Below are positions 44,463 to 55,800 of a stretch of 64,000 nt of DNA, in pieces. The notes beneath the pieces are model-generated. The model searched no databases and was not told the origin of the DNA. It saw only the letters and a list, made by a program, of their open reading frames with translations. This stretch comes from Veleropilina oligotropha (taxonomy: Eukaryota), in assembly GCA_048128005.1 (NCBI GenBank), contig JBEUKZ010000019.1, positions 62,001-126,000 on the forward strand. Direction: 5' to 3'. The first letter of the stretch is position 1. The number at the start of each line of letters is the position of its first letter. The translations under genes and the position numbers were made by a program.

Positions 44463-44894
44463 ATGAAATCCATGAAATCTATGCTACTGTGCATTGTCGC
44501 GGTGTGCTGGCTAGGAGGTGTTTCTACCCAGGCGTCGACACACAACACTGCATTAATTCTGGAACATACGTGGGCAAGGTACCGAAATCATCCCAGGTAT
44601 AACGCCCGATTTGACCCCTTGCGAAGAAACCTGCTACTACGCCCGGGTAGAGACCCCACCCCTGATGTCTCCCCACCCTCGTGCCACTACTTTATTATCG
44701 GAGAGAATGACTGTAGCCCTGCCACACCCCGAAATACTGTCACATGTGTCCAGTGTTCGACCCCCTCATTATGTCCTGGAAAAAATGGGGAGTATTATAC
44801 CATGGTGTCTGGCTGCTTCGGTATGTGGAGAAAAGTCGGACACATCTCGCCCTGTAATTGTACTCTAGCAAGCGGTAACTATATATTCATATAA
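44463..44894 (+). CDS. Secreted Cys-rich protein (143 aa)
   Basis: Signal peptide, 8 Cys conserved with the E1 copy. Confidence 0.75.
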   Translation: MKSMKSMLLCIVAVCWLGGVSTQASTHNTALILEHTWARYRNHPRYNARFDPLRRNLLLRPGRDPTPDVSPPSCHYFIIGENDCSPATPRNTVTCVQCSTPSLCPGKNGEYYTMVSGCFGMWRKVGHISPCNCTLASGNYIFI

Positions 44895-45564
44895 ACAGCT
44901 GCTTGTGAAATCTCTTGCCATACACTATGTCACAGCTGGTTATATAAACATTTTTCAGGTCGACGAGAGCGACCTCTGTCCGATTTATGAATGAAATACC
45001 TCGCATCAATAAGTTACTAGTCGAACCTGGTCACGTGTAGTATTAATACAGCCTGCCGGCTGTCTATACAGTACAACCTATTCATAGCGTTTCGCTTCGC
45101 GATCTCGGGGAAACAATAGACGCCTAATAGCCTAATGAGTTTCTCAGCGGGTATGATTAGATATTCTTCTATTATCAAGACATGCCAAATCCGGGTATTT
45201 AAAATACCTCGGCCGCGTATTGTTTCCCCGAGCTCACAAGCCGCTTATCTGTCTGGCTGGTTAACCCAGCTAAAAACAGATTTTGTCAAACGTAGTATAG
45301 AAATTGCAAGCTGTCGATAGCTTTTGGTGACCCAGTAAAAAAAGGTTTGACCCAGTGAATAGTATCTGCTCCACTTAAAATTATTTTGTCCTGAAACGGG
45401 TCATCGCTCCAGTTACAAAGTTTTGGTCCAGTTGTTTACATCTGGACAGTTTATCCTCTAAATGGAAATTCTACATGGTAACAATGATTCAGCAATATAA
45501 AGTCTACACGTGACAATGAGTCAGCAGTCATTGTCACATGTCACAATAAAGATTCTCGAGAATG

Positions 45565-45652
45565 AGCACACTAGGTCAGCCACAGGCTATGAATACACCA
45601 GGCAGTAGCACACTAGGTCAGCCACAGGCTATGAATACACCAGGCAGTAGCA
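45565..45652. repeat. 42-bp tandem duplication in E2 subterminal region
   Basis: AGCACACTAGGTCAGCCACAGGCTATGAATACACCAGGCAGT x2. Confidence 0.9.
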
Positions 45653-45833
45653 AAGGAGGTCTCGACACGGATACAAACATACGCCAGGCCGGCCTGGGTA
45701 GTGGCCGCTGTACACACAGTAACTTTTTGTAATACAATCACTACCCCGGGGGTCTGAAATATAGCTGGGAGCCTTAATTTCCCTCGCCCCGCCCCTAGTC
45801 TAACTCCATAGTTCCCACCAGTACAACCCTATC

Positions 45834-45997
45834 AGTTCTGAAATGGTGCTGGGCGCTGTATTTTCCCATTCTAAAAAGTACACTGACCCCCCCCTGCTGC
45901 TGAGTTGAGATCCATATTAATTCTGAAAAAGTGCTGGGAGCCTTAATTTCCCTCGCCGCGCCCCCACATAAAAGGTATGGTCACCCCCCCTGCTGCT
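45834..45997 (-). repeat. E2 right TIR
   Basis: Ends CCCCCCCTGCTGCT, followed by CCTA. Confidence 0.95.
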
Positions 45998-46459
45998 CCT
46001 ATTTCGAATATAAAAGTTGGAATAATAAAATAATGTACTGAAATCATCAGCAGCATATATAGTGGCTACTAATATATTGTGGCAGCTAATTATCACAGCC
46101 ACCACATTGTTAAGATGCGTTCTAAATCAACACAAAACCATGCAACTTGGTCCAAGGCATGGTCACTAAACATTATACACTGTTAAATTCTTGCTCAAAG
46201 TGAAACTAAGTATTTCATGAGAGGTAAGTGACATGCAATAGTGAAACAGTGCAATATATATGTGACATTTTAACGGGGAAGTTGTAGCTATGTGACCCAT
46301 GTGACTGCTAATAATTATGCCATTATTAATGTTCTTGTTCTATTTTTTCAGATTTAAAGAGGAGACCATAACAACTAATAATTATCAATATCAATGTTCT
46401 TGTTTGATTTTTTTCAGATTTACAGAGAGGAGACCATAACAACTAATAATTATCAAACC

Positions 46460-47240
46460 CAATGCTTTGTACAAAGGAGGAAAAAATATTTTGCGTCACT
46501 ACTTATTTGGAAACGAAATTATTCAAAATGGTGCAAGCAAAATTTAGCAGGAAGTTCAACTTTAACAATATTCCCCAGGAAAAAAACACGTTCACAACAC
46601 GTTTTGCCATGTCAGCTGGTGTGAGTTTATACTTGATCTGGATTCTGTATGGGTACAGGTAAAGATCCTTTATCAAGATTCTTTGCACTGACGCACGCGA
46701 AAGACCCAGCTCTTGGGAACGTCTCCGGATGGACTTTTTCGGACTCCTTCCGACAGAATCTCTCACCGCATTCACATTGTCAGGAGAGCTTCCTGCCAGG
46801 CCCAGATCTGGGTGTTTCTGCCTTCTTGTTGATGTTGTTTACTGATCATGTGGCTTGAAATTTGTGTACCCAATGATAAATTTGGCTTTTCTGGGGATAG
46901 TTGTTAAAGTTGAACTTCCAGAAACACCCAGATCTGGGCCTGGCAGGAAGCTCTCCTGACAATGTGAATGCGGTGAGAGATTATGTCGGAAGGATTCCGA
47001 AAAAGTCCATCCGAAGACGTTCCCAAGAGCTGGGTCTTTCGCGTACGTCAGTGCAAAGAATCTTGATAAAGGATCTTTACCTGTACCCATACAGAATCCA
47101 GATCAAGCATAAACTCACACCAGCTGACATGGCAAAACGTGTTGTGAACTTGTGATGTACCGGTGGTTCGAGAACAAGATCGAAGAGGATCCTGACTTTC
47201 TTGATGTTTGGTTCAGTTGTTTACTGATCATGTGGCTTGA
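46460..47240. pseudogene. Rearranged Tc1/mariner-superfamily transposase fragments
   Basis: HTH-region peptides VQAKFSRKFNF and NVNAVRDSVGRSPKKSIRRRSQELGLSR.SVQRIL.KDL.LYPYRIQ; present as an inverted pair 46590-46820 / 46919-47149. Confidence 0.75.
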
Positions 47241-48000
47241 AATTTGTTATATTTTAAACATTATTATATACATGAAATCGCCAATTTAAAAACAATACGA
47301 TAGAAATTTTGTACGAATTGGGGTTTACTCTCCCAAAACTCCTGTCGGATCCCATTCCTAATTAGTTGAAGGCGCCGCTTAATCATGGTTATGAATAGAC
47401 GTTTAATGTGCTCGTTAAGTGCAATTATACCAGCATGCAGGGCGACATATTTTTGCGTCATGATGATGTACATTTCAAAGCACGCTCATTTGGCTTCAGA
47501 TGTTTGACCAGAGCACACGTGGGATTTACCTCTGCAGAGAGCATCAGGTATAGTATAATATTGCAAATATATGTTGTATTTTAACGACATTTCTGTGATA
47601 TAATATTTAAATAGCTCTCGGTGTTCGTTTCAAAGTAAAGCAATGGAACATCATTCATATGAACAACAGCATTATATGGAGTATTGCCAGATTCTTCTGA
47701 ACGTTAAACGTGTATTACATTTTCTTCATTTGGGTAACGAATTTAATGTGCTTGAAGTTTGTTGTCAGTGCAAAAGTGTTGTTTACGCGTTAAAATAATT
47801 AATATTTTCTTTTCAGTGTCTACGTGTACTAGAATGGACTCGTCCGCAGATAAATCTACCTCTTTGGATTATATACTGCGTTAAACATGCTTTCCTCATT
47901 TTCTGGAATGGAATCGTCCATAGCATGGAATTAATGCACATAACGCTTGTTTAATTGGTCTTCTAAGCAGACACAATGATTTTGTAGCAGTGGATTCGTG
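47241..48000 (-). repeat. Third, more diverged partial copy of the duplicated host segment (matches about 25230-25990)
   Basis: Tandem with 48188-48947; same HAGIIALNEHIKRLF translation. Confidence 0.85.
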
Positions 48001-48050
48001 TAGAATAATCAACAGTTATAACAAAAGAAAACTAGGTCAAAATGGATTAA

Positions 48051-51000
48051 GTATAGGTTAACCCACATGGGACTGTTGATTCTTGAAAAATAATGCACGA
48101 GGGCCGACAGGCCCGAGTGCATTATTTTTCAAGAATCAACAGTCCCATGTGGGTTAACTTACTTAATCCATTTTGACAATATTAGCTATTTGTTATATTT
48201 TAAACATTATTATATACATGAAATCGCCAATTTAAAAGCAATACGATAGAAATTTTGTACGAATTGGGGTTTACTCTCCCAAAACTCCTGTCGGATCCCA
48301 TTCCTAATTAGTTGAAGGCGCCGCTTAATCATGGTTATGAATAGACGTTTAATGTGCTCGTTAAGTGCAATTATACCGGCATGCACGGCGAAATATATTT
48401 CCGTCACGATGTTGTACATTTCAAAGCACGCTACACTTGGCTTCAGAATTTTGACCAGAGCACACGTGCGATTTACCTCTGCAGAGAGCATCAGGTATAG
48501 TATAATATTGCAAATATATGTTGTATTTTAACGACATTTCTGTGATATAATATTTAAATAGCTCTCGGTGTTCGTTTCAAAGTAAAGCAATGGAACATCG
48601 TTCATATGAACAACAGCATTATATGGAGTATTGCCAGATTCTTCTGAACGTTAAACGTGTATTACATTTTCTTCATTTGGGTAACGAATTTAATGTGCTT
48701 GAAGTTTGTTGTCAGTGCAAAAATGTTGTCTACGCGTTAAAATAATTAATATTTTCTTTTCAGTGTCCAAGTGTACTAGAATGGACTCGTCCGCAGATAA
48801 ATCTACCTCTTTGGATTATATAGTGCGTTAAACATGCTTTCCTCATTTTCTGGAATGGAATCGTCCATAGCATAGAATTAATGCACATAACGCTTGTTTA
48901 ATTGGTATTTCAAGCAGACACAATGATTTTGTAGCAGTGGATTCGTGAAAAATATTCTACAGTTAATACAATGGAAACGTAGGTCAAAATGGATTAACAA
49001 TAGATAAATCATACATATAAAGCCAAGATAGCCAAAAGATGCCACATAGAAAGATTTAGTTGAAACTGTGTCATATTCTCGTTGAACCGCTGCTGAAAGC
49101 ACATGTTGAAGGTACAGTCCTTCCTGTCCCTGCTGGCCCCAACCTATGCCATCTGTCTCTGAATACAGGATGATAAAAATATAATCAAAATATATCTTAC
49201 CAAGGACACGTTGACTTCTGGGTTCTGCTGCAGCAGCTGTATTTGATGAGTGGCAAGTTTTCTCTTCTTACTTTTAGTGACCATGGATGATGAAACAGTG
49301 GAATCTACAATGGAATACTTGTGTAGATAAACACTAAAATCCATCAGAATTTTCATTATCGCAACGCATCGTTCATTAATTTACAGAACATACAAGTGAC
49401 AAACAGATATATAGTACACAGGGGCGTCGGAAGCAAATTGACATTGGTCTGGCAAATATTATGAAGGGATGGTAGGCCTACCACTCTCGTATGCAATGAC
49501 GGCATCTCGTTATACTACATACATATTAGTAATAAACTGGGTATTCTAACATTATCTGCGTGGGGGCGGGGCCGCATGCGGAGGAAAATTTTGACAATTA
49601 ACAGTGTGAAACCTTTCCTGCATTCTGACATTGCAAAACGCCATATTTATAACCATCAAAATTGTTACTGAACAGGGGGTTCAGTAACAATTTTGATGGT
49701 TATAAATATGGCGTTTTACACTGTCAGAATGCAGGAAAGGTTTCACACTGGATCCACCTTTGACAAATATCCGCAACTGGCCAAAATATTGGTCCGGCAC
49801 TTGCCGGACCTGTTCTGACCAAGAATCCAAGGATTACAACAGACCCCAAATAGAATTAACTGTGGGTTTCAAGGTCCAACAAGGATATAAAACAGGCATA
49901 ATTGAAAGATAATGCTAGACACTGTAGAACATATTAGATAATCCAAGGAAGGATTTCAATGAAATACTACAATAAAGGGCAGTTAAACATGAATTAATTA
50001 ACATCCTTTAGCTTCATACGAGGACATGCTCAAGAATTACACCAGAGGCCACAAATAGATTTCACTGCCAGATTTCAAACTCCAATGAATAGAAAAACAT
50101 AATTGAAAGATAGCTATAAACACCGCAAAGGATATTTCATAGGCGAAAGAAGGACATCACCTCATACATTATACGATACAATAAGTTAATTGGTCATCAG
50201 TGTTCATGATGTCGGAACACCTGATAATATGGGTTTAAGTGTTGTAAACAATAAATCTTAATACAGGATGATAAAAAACTTCTGGGTTCAGCCACAGCCG
50301 CTGGATCATGACCATTGGCGACTTTCTCCTTTAATTCTTTGTTGCCATGGATGATGAAACAGGGGAATCTTCAATGGAATACTTGCATACATAAACACAT
50401 TTGCATTTTTATTTTTGCCACACAATGTTAACAAATTTCCAGAACATGCAAGTGACTAGTAACAGACATACAGTACATATTATCAACATTCATTCCAAGA
50501 ACTCCAAGGATATCAGCAGGTGCCCAAATAGATTTCATTGCGGGTTTCAATGTCCAACAATTAAAAAAGGAGTTATTGAAAGATAACTATGGACACCACA
50601 GAAAATATTTGATAGGTTCAGAGAGGATCGCCATGAACTACTGCAATAAAGGAGAGCTAAATCATACCAGGACATGTTTCGATTGTTGTGTGAGAAAAGC
50701 CTCGTTCGAAAAGTGAAGGTATTCTGGAAAGTATTTATATTTTTTATCTTTTAATAATTCTGAATTTTGAATATATTTTATACGACCTAATTTAAATTAT
50801 CTATAAGGTGTATGTAGTTACAAAATAATATAACTTAAAATTGGCAAATTTTGAAGAGCATCATTCTGGTGTCATGATCGCCTAGATCATGCAATGGTTT
50901 CTTATGAATAAAGTCAATGACTAGCTGGTTCCGAATGTGTAGTTCAACACCAAGTTGAAAATATATTGGAGAGGGGTATCAGTCAAAAGCCGACTGAAGC

Positions 51001-51411
51001 AGGTGTGTTTCCCAGCGATATAAATAAAATAGCAGGTTGCAGAAAGTTACCACGACTGTTAAATAGAGGGATAAAATATGAGTATGGTCTAATATAAATA
51101 AGAGATAATACTAGTAGTTTGATGCAATTAGTCGGAGAGCTGAGTTTCATTCCCGTTGTGCAGAAATCAATTTTGAGCTACACCGAAATGACGGCGTGAC
51201 GGAATGTTCCAAAATAACAAATTTCCATTTTTATGAGGGCTTCCCTGTGACCGCTAACCTTCGTGCTGTCTATCCTAAATCAAGATCAATGTGTGACTGT
51301 GAGGTGCTCAAGTTACGCCAAAGTGTTGCGATTTTACATTCACAATTATCAGATGTAACTTTATGTATATAAAAAAGGTCCACGTCTCAGTTTTCGCATT
51401 TTATTTACTCG
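48051..51411 (-). repeat. Arm 2 of the 3.36-kb inverted duplication, ending exactly at E3
   Basis: Reverse complement of 22770-26127. Confidence 0.93.
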
Positions 51412-52544
51412 AGCAGCAGGGGGGGTCAGTAGACTTTTTAGAATGGGAAAATAAGGCTCCCAGCACCATTTCAGAACTCAGGGTAGCTCGGACTAGTCAG
51501 CAGGGGAGTTTAGACTAGGGCCCCGGGGCGACCGTGGAGGCTCCCAGCACCCGTTCCGACCCAACTTAAACTATATAGAGCCCTCAGGGACGGCCCACTA
51601 CCCTCGCCGGCCCGGGCTCCTGTGTGTTAGTGTATTACAAAAGTCCCCGTGTGTACAGCGCAGTCCGAACCTAGGGTAGCTTAGAATAGTCAGCCGGGGG
51701 TTGAATGGACTTTTTTAGAATGGGCAATAAGGCTCCCAGCACCAGTGAGTTCTATTAGCTATACCCACAGCAGGGCACTAACTGTGTGTGGCGCGGCGGC
51801 GTGTATCAATGGATATTTGCGTTAGTCGCTGTCAATGTTATTGATTAATTTTGCGTCTGGGTCTGCCCGGGCTCATCTTTTTTCCTATTAGAGCAATGGC
51901 TATCCTAGTGTATACCCGACATATATCAAGATGGGTGCGTATCTCCCTTAGAGTACCTGCTAAATCGTAATACCACATTTATGATCACTACTGCTAGCAA
52001 CAAGAAGAACCGTGAATTCAGGACACTGCCCGTCTTCATGTCCTTCCATCAAGTGTTGCCTTATTGTGAAGCCCCCTTGAATTTCAGCCGTAGCCTGGGG
52101 TGCAATCAGTTGCCTTTTAATCCTGATCAGAAGCACCTTGTATTTCAGCCGTAGCCTGGTTCAATCTGTCAGAGGCGACCATAATAATTAACAACCTTTC
52201 AAGTTAGGCTGTATTGCTGGCTGTATACGATTTAGCAGGTACTCAATGAAGTCGCCATGTGCTGGGCAGGTATATACTAGGATCTCATTCCTCTAATATG
52301 AAATCTGGGTCAGCAGCGCTAATAATAGACGCGTTTGGCGATAAGAGCAGCAGCATGAATGAGGCCACAGTAGACAGCTGAACGGGCTATTAATATATGC
52401 TAGGAAAGCCGGAAATGTGTTTGAGGACAGGGAATCCCCGAGCAGCTGTTATATAGTTTCTGCTGGTAGCGTGTAGTTGCATGGCTGGCTGGTGTCGTAT
52501 TAGATATACCCACATCACAGGATATACCCACTGCAAAGGATACG

Positions 52545-52820
52545 ATGAAGGGCACAGACACCTGTCACTGGCTTACTATAAGCTCCACAGAACTATGTGG
52601 TAAGAGTTGTTTGAGAGATTATTGCAAAGTGCATTTGGCTCGGCTACGGCGAAATGGCTGGGTCACAAAGCCCTGCATCAAATGCGGCAAAGGCGTCTTC
52701 AACCGGTTTACGTTGTGTAATGGCTGTGGGTATAAGAGTGAGAACTCTATGGACTGGCAACGAAAGAAAAGTGCCTTCCGGAGAGAGTTTCTCCGCTTGG
52801 CTGCAATTTACCACACGTAA
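52545..52820 (+). CDS. Cys-rich Zn-finger-like protein (91 aa)
   Basis: Homolog in E1 and E2. Confidence 0.75.
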   Translation: MKGTDTCHWLTISSTELCGKSCLRDYCKVHLARLRRNGWVTKPCIKCGKGVFNRFTLCNGCGYKSENSMDWQRKKSAFRREFLRLAAIYHT

Positions 52821-52868
52821 ATTTCCTATTAGAGAGGTAAAGATCTTAGTGTATGCCCGCCCGGCAAC

Positions 52869-55800
52869 ATGTCGACTATGGATGACTATATAGACCAACT
52901 GCTCGCAGACATGCAGGCATCTGAAACTCTCCGGGACGTGGTTCAGAATATTCTAGACGAACCAATCCCGGAAGACGTGAAGGAGCGCTTGTTGAAGCCT
53001 CTGGTCCCATCCAAGGATCCCCAAACGGAGAGAAAGCGGAAAGCCATTGTTGAGGAATTTGACCCAATCCCCCTCTCCAAAAAGCCCCGGACAGCCCAGG
53101 ACTACCAGAATGATCTACTAGGGCTGTTTACCACAACAGAGGGGCAACGATTCATCGACCTGGATGACCAGGTCCCTCCCCCTGTAAGGCTCCCAGCAAA
53201 AGAGCCGTGGGTGGAACTCTTGAGCGACGCCAAAGACGAGTTTGAGGTCGATGGCGCCGCGGCGGCCTTCTCCACATGGAGGATAGAAGTGGCTGGACGG
53301 CTGGCCCTGGATGCCCGTATGACAGATGCAAGGGCGGCACAGCTCCTCACAGCCCTTCCCAAGGGTGAGTTTCTCCTGAGGATAAAGTTCTTGCGGGAGT
53401 GGGGTGAAGGCGACTGGGTGGTCGAAGACAAGTTTGACCCGGTGAAGGCTGCGAGGAAGAAGGGCCAGGGTGTCATTGAGATCTCTCAGGACACTAAGCC
53501 AGGTGCTATCACTGGGGTCGACAAAGCCTACTACGAGAACGCCTACCCGGTTACTGCAGTCGTCTACGGCGTCTATCCTCTCAGAGAACCAAACCCAGCC
53601 AACCTGGTTCCAATGAAGAACGGCGATCTCAACTGCGTTGCCCAGAGAGTGGTTGAGCACTTCGAAGGTGCCCTGAGAGGAAACGGACTCACCCCGATAA
53701 GGCGGCAGAAAATACAGGAGTGGGAGGCGCGAGTTCATGTAACAGGCGCCACTGTGGATGATATATCCATCCTCGAGAAGATACTGAAACGGGCGATCAT
53801 CGTGCGAGACATCGCAGGTGCCGACATCTACAACAGTGGTAAATACCGCGGTCAAGGAAACCATACATTCAGACAAGTAGAACTCATCTGTCACAACGGC
53901 CACGCCTGGTCCAAGGACCTACACTTCCCGCAGTCTCGCGAGGTCAACATCTACGAGGGCGATGTCTGGGAAGCTATCCGACAAGCCACACGTAACGAGC
54001 CATTGGCTGTCTGGCTCCTTGGCGGTACAGACCGACAGCTCAACGTGAACCAGTTCGTGCTTCAGGACGGCCGCACTTACCGGACAAAAGAGGCTCACGA
54101 GAGACTCCAAGAAGCCTGTAAGGCTCTGGGGAATGAGTCTCTCGCCGATCGAGCCTTTGGTGAGAACCATGCAGCTAGCATTATGGCCAAAGAGAACAAC
54201 GGCTGGAGACCTACCCCAGCGGGCCTGCTCGATGATATCCAGAAGGCCTGCGTAGAGCATGGCCATGGCGGCCTGTGGAATTCCATGAACTACGATACGG
54301 GCGATGTCTGCTGCATCGACATGAAAGCCTGCTACCCTGCCAGCTTTCTGGGGAAGGGCGAGGCTAAGCCGTACTTCGAAAGATTCGGGCACCCAACCCA
54401 CAGCATGACCCGGGTCGCAATTAACGGTCCTCTACCCCGAGAAATCGGTACCGGGTTTGCCGAGGTCGTGGAATGGGAGTTCGCACAAGACATCCACCCC
54501 GTCATTCCCGCCTGGTTCGGAAAGCACTTTGCAGAGAATGGATGGGCCCCGACGCCTCTGCTCGCCTTCCTCACAGAATCTGGACTGCTAAAAAGCCTCA
54601 AGATCCGAGAAGCCATCATCGCGTTCAGAAAGCAAACCGATGTCTGGCTTCCTGAGAATCGTGACCAGGGATGCCGTATTATCGGCAAATTCACCCAAGG
54701 CGCCAAGGCTGACGGCAAAAGATTGACCCGTAGACTGGTGATTGACCAGGGAGAGCTTGACTTCCTCGTAAGAGACACCCGCCAAAGCGGTACCCTGGTC
54801 GGCGCACCTCAGAGATGCCCTATGGGTCACATCCTCACGTACTATGATGGCTCCCAGCCTCAGTACGCCCACCTGAGGGCATCGATGCTGGCCTATGCCC
54901 ACATAAGCCTCTTGAGCATGCTTCAGCGTTTCACCCCTGAGGAAGCTGTCCGAGTGGCCACTGACAGCATCTACCTCAAGAAGGCCTCGTTGGAGAAGCT
55001 CGACGATGTCACGGTGTACGTTGCCCCACAGCTCTGCGACTGTGGCGATAAATCGTGCATCTCCTGTCTGATCGGGGAGACGTACCTTCCGCCAGTAGCA
55101 CCGGCCCAGTGGCGTGACAAGGGGGAACAGCTTTACCTGCCACAGGAACATGCCGCATACCTGCCCAAGCCAGAGTATTGTTGTGCCGCCAATTCCAGCC
55201 AGCCAAGCACCGCGCCTTGCTACAATGACACGCTGACCCACCATCGCCTGAGTTACCTCAATGGTGGAGGGGGCTGTGGCAAGACTACGAGAGCGATCGA
55301 GCTCTTCCGGGCAAGGAATCCCATTGTATTCACGCCAACCCACCGCCTCGCTAAAGAGATGCGAACCAGAGGCGTCAAAGCCCAGACCTACCACAGTTTC
55401 TTCCGATGGAGCGGCCAGACTGACTGGACACCCGACCGCATGGGTCAGAAGTTCATCCCCCGCGTCATTATCTGGGACGAGGTCTGTACTGTTCCCCGGC
55501 CTATCCTCGAGATGTTCTTGGACTGGCTGGGCCACCACGAAGTTCAGGTTATCTGCTGTGGCGATCAGGGCCAGCCACCACCGATTACGGGCGAGATGCC
55601 GCACGATTGGCTGCGACAGACCGCGGACTACTATGAGGAGATCGAAGTAGACTACAGGGCGAAAGACGACCCTGCCCTCCAAGCCCTGAAAAGACGTATA
55701 CGTCTCCAGCCCGACAAAATCCAGTGCGGGGAAATGCGTAAGAGTCTCCCCAGCTGCCTTGGATGGGATCGGTTTGTCAACACCTGGAGGCCAGGCGACC

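Larger units (their letters stand above)
30099..45997 (+). mobile_element. E2: endogenous Polinton/Maverick-like DNA virus, full length (15.9 kb), nearly intact
   Basis: About 163-bp TIRs, CCTA target-site duplication, complete gene set, one frameshift found. Confidence 0.95.

Noticed and set aside
30093..46003. Canonical 6-bp TSD for E2
   Set aside because: Flanks are CGCCTA and CCTATT; only 4 bp match.
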